From the NCBI RefSeq assembly GCF_000012805.1, contig NC_007484.1, positions 2,190,001 through 2,222,000 of the forward strand: 32,000 nt of DNA, read 5' to 3'. Origin of the DNA: Nitrosococcus oceani ATCC 19707. Its GTDB lineage: Bacteria; Pseudomonadota; Gammaproteobacteria; Nitrosococcales; Nitrosococcaceae. This document shows positions 27,329 to 32,000 of the stretch, piece after piece; positions within the stretch are counted from its first letter, which is position 1, and each line of letters opens with the position of its first letter. The translations under genes and the position numbers were made by a program. The notes beneath the pieces are model-generated. The model was not told the DNA's origin. It did no database searches and saw only the letters and a list, made by a program, of their open reading frames with translations.

Positions 27329-29551
27329 TTAAGCAGTTTTCTCACATAAACCTGCCGCCGGTATCTGAAGGGTGGGCAGGTGTTTTGAGCCTTCCACAAA
27401 AGCTTCCCAGTACCGGCAAATTACTTCCAGTTTATCGAGCACTATGCACGCCGCATCAACTTGTTGCGCCAGCCGCTGCGCCCGGTTTCCCCCAATGGAA
27501 GGATCAAAGCAAACCCGGGATACTAGCCGCGATCCCGGTGCAATTCTAAGCGCGCCAAGCCAAATCCCTTTCTCACACCGAATTCGAACCGGCTGCCCAA
27601 TATGACAGCATTTGGCTGCTAAGCGCTGCTCCGCCTCTGAACTCCCGGCGGGAAGCCAGGGGGATAAATCAGCATTCAACCAATGATAGGCCATAACGGC
27701 CTCCTCGTAGGTTAACAAGGCCGAAGCTCGGCGTATCAGGAAGGTAAAAATGGTAGGAACACTATCCCATGAATTGCTCTCTTCTCCATTAACCCGACGA
27801 TAGACAGAAGGTGGCAGTGGTTCGATATATGAGCATCCGTCCATGCGGGTGTGCAACATTTCAGCGAAGTCGTGGAAAATGCTGTGCCGCCTTCGCGAGT
27901 CCGCGGCGAAAAAAGCCTCCATTTCCCATAAAGCTGCCTGCCATCGCAGGAGCAATCCGTAGTTAGGTGAGGTGCCCAAATGCAGTACTTGTTGGGACCA
28001 CCGCCATTCCTCCGGCACCTCCCAGCGGCTCACATAGCCACTGAGACCCTGGGGAAAGGGACTGTCTACATCAATACTGCTAGCTACCGATGAGGGAATC
28101 AGGAGCGCGCCAGCAAATGGCGGGCCAGTAAAGAATTTCGATCCGGTCGCAATCACGTAGAAACCCTGACGCAGATAGGTAGCCAGATTGGCGCGGCTCA
28201 ACCGCATTTGGGCCGCATCCACAATGACCGCAACTCGCTCGCCATAAACTGCCTGCAATTTTGCAATGCAGTCGAGACTAGGCGCCCCTAAGCCTGTTTT
28301 GGAGGAGTCTAATAAATGAATGAGCACCGAACTGCCTGCTTCAATGCCCGAACTCACCCATTCATGCAGACAGCCCTCCACTTCGTTGCTCGACAAGAGC
28401 CGTCCCGTCTCATCGCGCAATTCCAACTCCTGCACTTGAATCTGATCGCAGTGTAGGCCCTCTACCGCCATACCAGGCTGAACCGCGCCACCCAGTGGAC
28501 TGATATGGTCGAAATGCTGACCGGCAGCTGCATAACGGCTACCACTACCAATCTCCCGTGGGGCGATAAGAATATTCAATAAGGGCCGTTTGGCTACTGC
28601 GCTGGCACAGTGCACCGCAAACAACTCTGCATCCGTACCCGAGGGTGTCAACAAAATTTTAGCGCCAGGCACTTGCTCAAGCCGCAATACTTGAGCCAAG
28701 CGTCGCCTTATTCGTGCCATCTCCTCAGCAAATCCGTTTACCAACTGACCGGCTAAAGCCAGCGGGAACAAGCAACGGCGCTGCGCTTCAGCGCTCGCAA
28801 AACCCGGTTCAGAAATCGATGATGCCGTACAGGTTGAAAATGTAATGGCCCAAGGGCGAGGGCTGGGGCTGCAACCATATTTATTAAGTCCCGAATCCGG
28901 GTGGACCAAAAGCCGTTGGTCGCCCCCGAGGGTTAAGAGACGCTCAGTGGGTTGGGCAATCGCTAAGCTCTCTGCGGCGCGATTAATAGCAATTTCATTC
29001 TTTTCATTAACAGGGGAAAGAAAATCGTTGAAACTATGAATAAAACGGAGAAAGGGCACCAAGCTAGTCACAATAACTTGTGGCAAGGTAAACTGCTTGC
29101 GCTGAGATAACAATATTTCGAAAGCCTCCCTCAGCCAAGGGGGATCGGCATCCAAAACCCGGTTTTGGTCTTCCGAGTGCATGCTTTCAAGAACAAGCAG
29201 ACTGGAATGCAACGCAAGCAAGGCCGCCGCGACTGCTTCATTGGGTGTATGCGCCGCTCGCGCCCAGGCGAGTTGCTCGACCCCGTGCCGCAAATGGAAA
29301 ATTGCCAGCGCGGGATGCGCGAGCACCGAGGGATCAATCCGCAAGGTTCCATCCTGCTGAATTTGCAAGGATTGCTCCTGAGCGGACACCCGGACTGAAA
29401 AACCATGCAGCAATATATTAATAACAGGAGCCTGGAGTGTGGATTCCAAGACACGGTATTGTTCTGGTGTCAAGGATGTTTCTAATGTCGGCTCCACACT
29501 GCGAGCCAAGCGGCCATAAGTTCGAGAAACTTCTTCAGCATCCATCGTCAT
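27329..29551 (-). CDS. fold-type-I (class-V-like) PLP-dependent enzyme with a roughly 230-290-aa N-terminal region of unknown function
   Basis: An AAGGAG SD lies upstream of the ATG at 29551. Class-V aminotransferase-like pattern: LLTPSGTDAELFAV, VIVDAAQM (D445, nt 28217-28219) and IATGSKFFTGPPFAGALL with candidate Schiff-base Lys K472 (nt 28136-28138). I did not recognise the N-terminal region. Confidence 0.6.
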   Translation of the reverse strand: MTMDAEEVSRTYGRLARSVEPTLETSLTPEQYRVLESTLQAPVINILLHGFSVRVSAQEQSLQIQQDGTLRIDPSVLAHPALAIFHLRHGVEQLAWARAAHTPNEAVAAALLALHSSLLVLESMHSEDQNRVLDADPPWLREAFEILLSQRKQFTLPQVIVTSLVPFLRFIHSFNDFLSPVNEKNEIAINRAAESLAIAQPTERLLTLGGDQRLLVHPDSGLNKYGCSPSPRPWAITFSTCTASSISEPGFASAEAQRRCLFPLALAGQLVNGFAEEMARIRRRLAQVLRLEQVPGAKILLTPSGTDAELFAVHCASAVAKRPLLNILIAPREIGSGSRYAAAGQHFDHISPLGGAVQPGMAVEGLHCDQIQVQELELRDETGRLLSSNEVEGCLHEWVSSGIEAGSSVLIHLLDSSKTGLGAPSLDCIAKLQAVYGERVAVIVDAAQMRLSRANLATYLRQGFYVIATGSKFFTGPPFAGALLIPSSVASSIDVDSPFPQGLSGYVSRWEVPEEWRWSQQVLHLGTSPNYGLLLRWQAALWEMEAFFAADSRRRHSIFHDFAEMLHTRMDGCSYIEPLPPSVYRRVNGEESNSWDSVPTIFTFLIRRASALLTYEEAVMAYHWLNADLSPWLPAGSSEAEQRLAAKCCHIGQPVRIRCEKGIWLGALRIAPGSRLVSRVCFDPSIGGNRAQRLAQQVDAACIVLDKLEVICRYWEAFVEGSKHLPTLQIPAAGLCEKTA

Positions 29552-29605
29552 TTAGAAGTACTCCTTAAAAAGCCCTATCTTCCATTATTTGACAATATCT
29601 TAGCT

Positions 29606-30733
29606 CTACATATATCTATGTTTGCGCAGCATCTCTCTCAATGGACCTCGATTCATGCCTGCATCAACTACCAGCTGGGGCAAGCGTACCCCGCCGATGA
29701 TATTGACTTCGAGCATCACCGGCCCCCGATCGGTCAACGCAATATCCCACGCCTGCATTTTTAGGCCTGGCAATGACGCCGTGCCCTCCCGGCAAAGTTC
29801 CAGCGTCTGCTCCCAGTTGGGCAAAGTAATCCCTACCAGCTTCTCCCCCGTATCCGGGTGCTCGGAAACATTGCGGCGTTGTAACCCCAAACCCGTAAAC
29901 ATCTGCCCCACGACTCCCGTCTCAGGGTCGATAGGCCCTACTAAATTTCCAGGCTCCCAATAATTATCAGCCATTGCGTTGCCCACAGCGACTTTCCAGA
30001 GAGTGCTAATTATGATAGGCGCCGGGTCCAGCAGGGTCACTACGCGGACACTGCAAATGCGGTTACCACATAGTTCCAATAGCATGGGATGTGGCTTCAA
30101 AAGCTCCTGAAAGAGCCACCCTTGTTTCACCAGGGGCTCAAGAGCAGCCACAAAATCCGCTATAGCCATACGCTTCCCATTAACCAGCACCAGTTCATCG
30201 CTTTCATGCTCAAGGCGCTCGATGGCGTATACATTTTTACCCCACATTCCAAGCACAGGCTTGGCAACCAAAGGGAATGGCGCCTGTTCACGAAGAAACT
30301 GCCCGAGCTGCGCCCCGTTTCGCACTATAGGCAAGGCGCCATGGCGGCGTATCGGATGAAAGAACCCGTACAATTTGGGCGACGGCAATTGCAAGGCTTC
30401 AAATAGGCTGCATGCCACCAGCTTGTCGTTCGCAATGGCATGCCATGACCAGGAATCGAACAGCTCCCATAGATCGTACTGCATGTGCCGACCAAGGAAA
30501 GTCCGCTTCTGCTCGGGGCTGAAACGCCGATCATCAAATAAACAATACTGATAGTATTCATCAGGAGCCAAGCGGCCCTTGCCCCAGCGCAGGGCAATCA
30601 TCTCGGAAGCCTGACCCAGTAGTGACTTCCCAGAGGCCTTTCGCGCCGCCCTGCCATGTTCCCACAGTACCCCCGGCAACGCGGCAAAATCTTTGCAAAA
30701 CCGGCTAACGCGCTGGCGCAGTCTCCAAAACAT
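29606..30733 (-). CDS. sugar-transfer-associated ATP-grasp family ligase (ATPgrasp_ST-like)
   Basis: Family-typical layout: N-terminal ...GKGRLAPDEYYQYCLFDD...; NDKLVACSLFEALQLPSPK; PLVAKPVLGMWGKNVYAI; ICSVRVVTLL; ADNYWEPGNLVGPIDPETGVV; SEHPDTGEKLVGITLPNWEQ; QAWDIALTDRGPVMLEVN. Confidence 0.8.
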   Translation of the reverse strand: MFWRLRQRVSRFCKDFAALPGVLWEHGRAARKASGKSLLGQASEMIALRWGKGRLAPDEYYQYCLFDDRRFSPEQKRTFLGRHMQYDLWELFDSWSWHAIANDKLVACSLFEALQLPSPKLYGFFHPIRRHGALPIVRNGAQLGQFLREQAPFPLVAKPVLGMWGKNVYAIERLEHESDELVLVNGKRMAIADFVAALEPLVKQGWLFQELLKPHPMLLELCGNRICSVRVVTLLDPAPIIISTLWKVAVGNAMADNYWEPGNLVGPIDPETGVVGQMFTGLGLQRRNVSEHPDTGEKLVGITLPNWEQTLELCREGTASLPGLKMQAWDIALTDRGPVMLEVNIIGGVRLPQLVVDAGMNRGPLREMLRKHRYM

Positions 30734-30739
30734 AACGGC

Positions 30740-31987
30740 TTAATTGCTACCGTGACTGGCGACCTTAGAGGCGGCAGGCGCCATCGCCAGAATGGACGTT
30801 GGATCTCTCAGGCCAATCATAGTAGGGCGATAGCGGTCCCGAAGCTGCGCAACAGCCCAATGAAACTTGTATCCCGTTTGGGAAATCAATAGGCGAAGGG
30901 AGATAGGCATTCGCAGGGGCAACCCCAAATTATTGCCCCGCCACACGATCCAATGATACAAAGTAGCCTGCATTCGGCGCAGGCGGTGGCGCATCGATTG
31001 CCGGTTGCGCGATTCAAGTTCTTCCGAAAATGCCATGAGAGCCTGGTGCGATCCTGCCGAAAGCATCGCCCCATTATCCAAGGTTACCCAAAAAGGTTGT
31101 GTAATTGCCTTTTTCTCCTGTCCGAATGCTTCCCGCTCAATGCCAGCCGATTCGGCCAACCGCCGGGGAATCGGCCTATCATAAGTATTTCCAAGGCGCC
31201 AAGGGTCCATTTCAGGCGATTGGGAAATCCGCAGGATCTCGTCGTGGCGGGGCATCGTCAGGACCGGCAACGGCGCGTGGATGAACCCCAATCGCAATCG
31301 AAATTCTCCTAATGAGGCGCCGGAAGGATCCTTGCTCTTGAATTGGGCGCTATCCTCGATGGCTTGTGGTTCGAAATCCCAAATGGTATCTCCCCGAAAT
31401 CCAGTGAAAAATACTGTGCCGGGGAGGTGTTCGGCCAATACCGACATTACTACATCATCACCGCCATTGCCCGTAGCCAGAAACTCAGCTTCGGGAATAC
31501 CTTTATCTTCAAAATAAAGGGAGCGGTCAAATTCCATGACGTTGAAACCAAGTTGCCGCCCGATCTTACCGCCATCATCACAAGCATCCTGGGGATTACC
31601 CACATCGCCGTTAAACTCCATCCGGGCACTGCAAAAAGTTACCGCTTCAGTACCACCACATTTGCGCGCGATGACAGCGCACGCCGGCGAATCATATCCA
31701 GTGGAGACAGTGGCAAGAGGCTTATAGGTGATAGAACGGCGGGAATCACTGGCATTGCCCAGCACCTGTTGCATCGTCCCTTCAAGATAGCCTACGTAAT
31801 CCTCATAGGTGCCAAAATGAGGAAGGGCGGGTGGAGAATCCGTATATATATTAAGGTCGCAGTCAATCCGGAGTCGACGGTAGTACTGAAGCTGAATCCG
31901 CCGACCTTGCGCGGTAGGAACCCACTTTCGGGCACGGTGATAACCTTTTACTACCGACAAAAACTCTAGTTCATACTCCACATGCAT
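30740..31987 (-). CDS. asparagine-synthase-like PP-loop (adenine nucleotide alpha-hydrolase) protein, possibly 5'-partial
   Basis: A PP-loop-like STGYDS sits at residues 95-100 (nt 31688-31705) in the context PLATVSTGYDSPACAVIARKCGG..VTF. It is followed by DDGGKIGRQLGFNVMEFD and FFTGFRGDTIW, which parallel the AsnB C-domain layout. The frame stays open from 31988 to the window edge, so the true start may lie beyond 32000. The stop is 6 nt before the ATP-grasp ATG. Confidence 0.55.
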   Translation of the reverse strand: MHVEYELEFLSVVKGYHRARKWVPTAQGRRIQLQYYRRLRIDCDLNIYTDSPPALPHFGTYEDYVGYLEGTMQQVLGNASDSRRSITYKPLATVSTGYDSPACAVIARKCGGTEAVTFCSARMEFNGDVGNPQDACDDGGKIGRQLGFNVMEFDRSLYFEDKGIPEAEFLATGNGGDDVVMSVLAEHLPGTVFFTGFRGDTIWDFEPQAIEDSAQFKSKDPSGASLGEFRLRLGFIHAPLPVLTMPRHDEILRISQSPEMDPWRLGNTYDRPIPRRLAESAGIEREAFGQEKKAITQPFWVTLDNGAMLSAGSHQALMAFSEELESRNRQSMRHRLRRMQATLYHWIVWRGNNLGLPLRMPISLRLLISQTGYKFHWAVAQLRDRYRPTMIGLRDPTSILAMAPAASKVASHGSN

Positions 31988-32000
31988 TGGATCAATCTCA

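Overview
This looks like a gammaproteobacterial chromosomal window. Synteny supports that: M16 peptidase pair / rsmD / coaD / yfhL-type ferredoxin on the minus strand, divergent from ftsY, then rpoH. It may be Chromatiales (Nitrosococcus-like), but I cannot verify that without a database search. G+C is heterogeneous. Conserved core genes: ftsY, rpoH, coaD, rsmD, two M16 peptidases, a ferredoxin, rnk, a LysR regulator, a YdiJ-like FAD/Fe-S oxidoreductase, and btuB preceded by a clear cobalamin riboswitch. Interspersed accessory or poorly characterised material:
(i) a degenerate-P-loop/winged-helix protein next to an MscS channel;
(ii) an orphan ferritin-like diiron protein abutting a heavily decayed IS5-family transposase;
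(iii) an AT-rich islet with DUF1232 and DCC-family genes;
(iv) an orphan putative outer-membrane beta-barrel;
(v) a VanZ-like membrane protein translationally coupled to a secreted trypsin-like protease, with a perfect 15-bp hairpin over its SD and AUG;
(vi) a multi-frame decayed secreted-protein gene;
(vii) at the right edge, a tightly linked minus-strand cassette of an asparagine-synthase-like PP-loop enzyme, an ATPgrasp_ST-type ligase and a 740-aa class-V-like PLP-fold protein with a large unknown N-terminal region.
Item (vii) is my best candidate for an uncharacterised amidoligase-type biosynthetic or modification system, and it runs off the window. I saw no tRNA, rRNA or CRISPR array by eye. 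All product calls rest on motif recognition in the supplied translations, not on searches.
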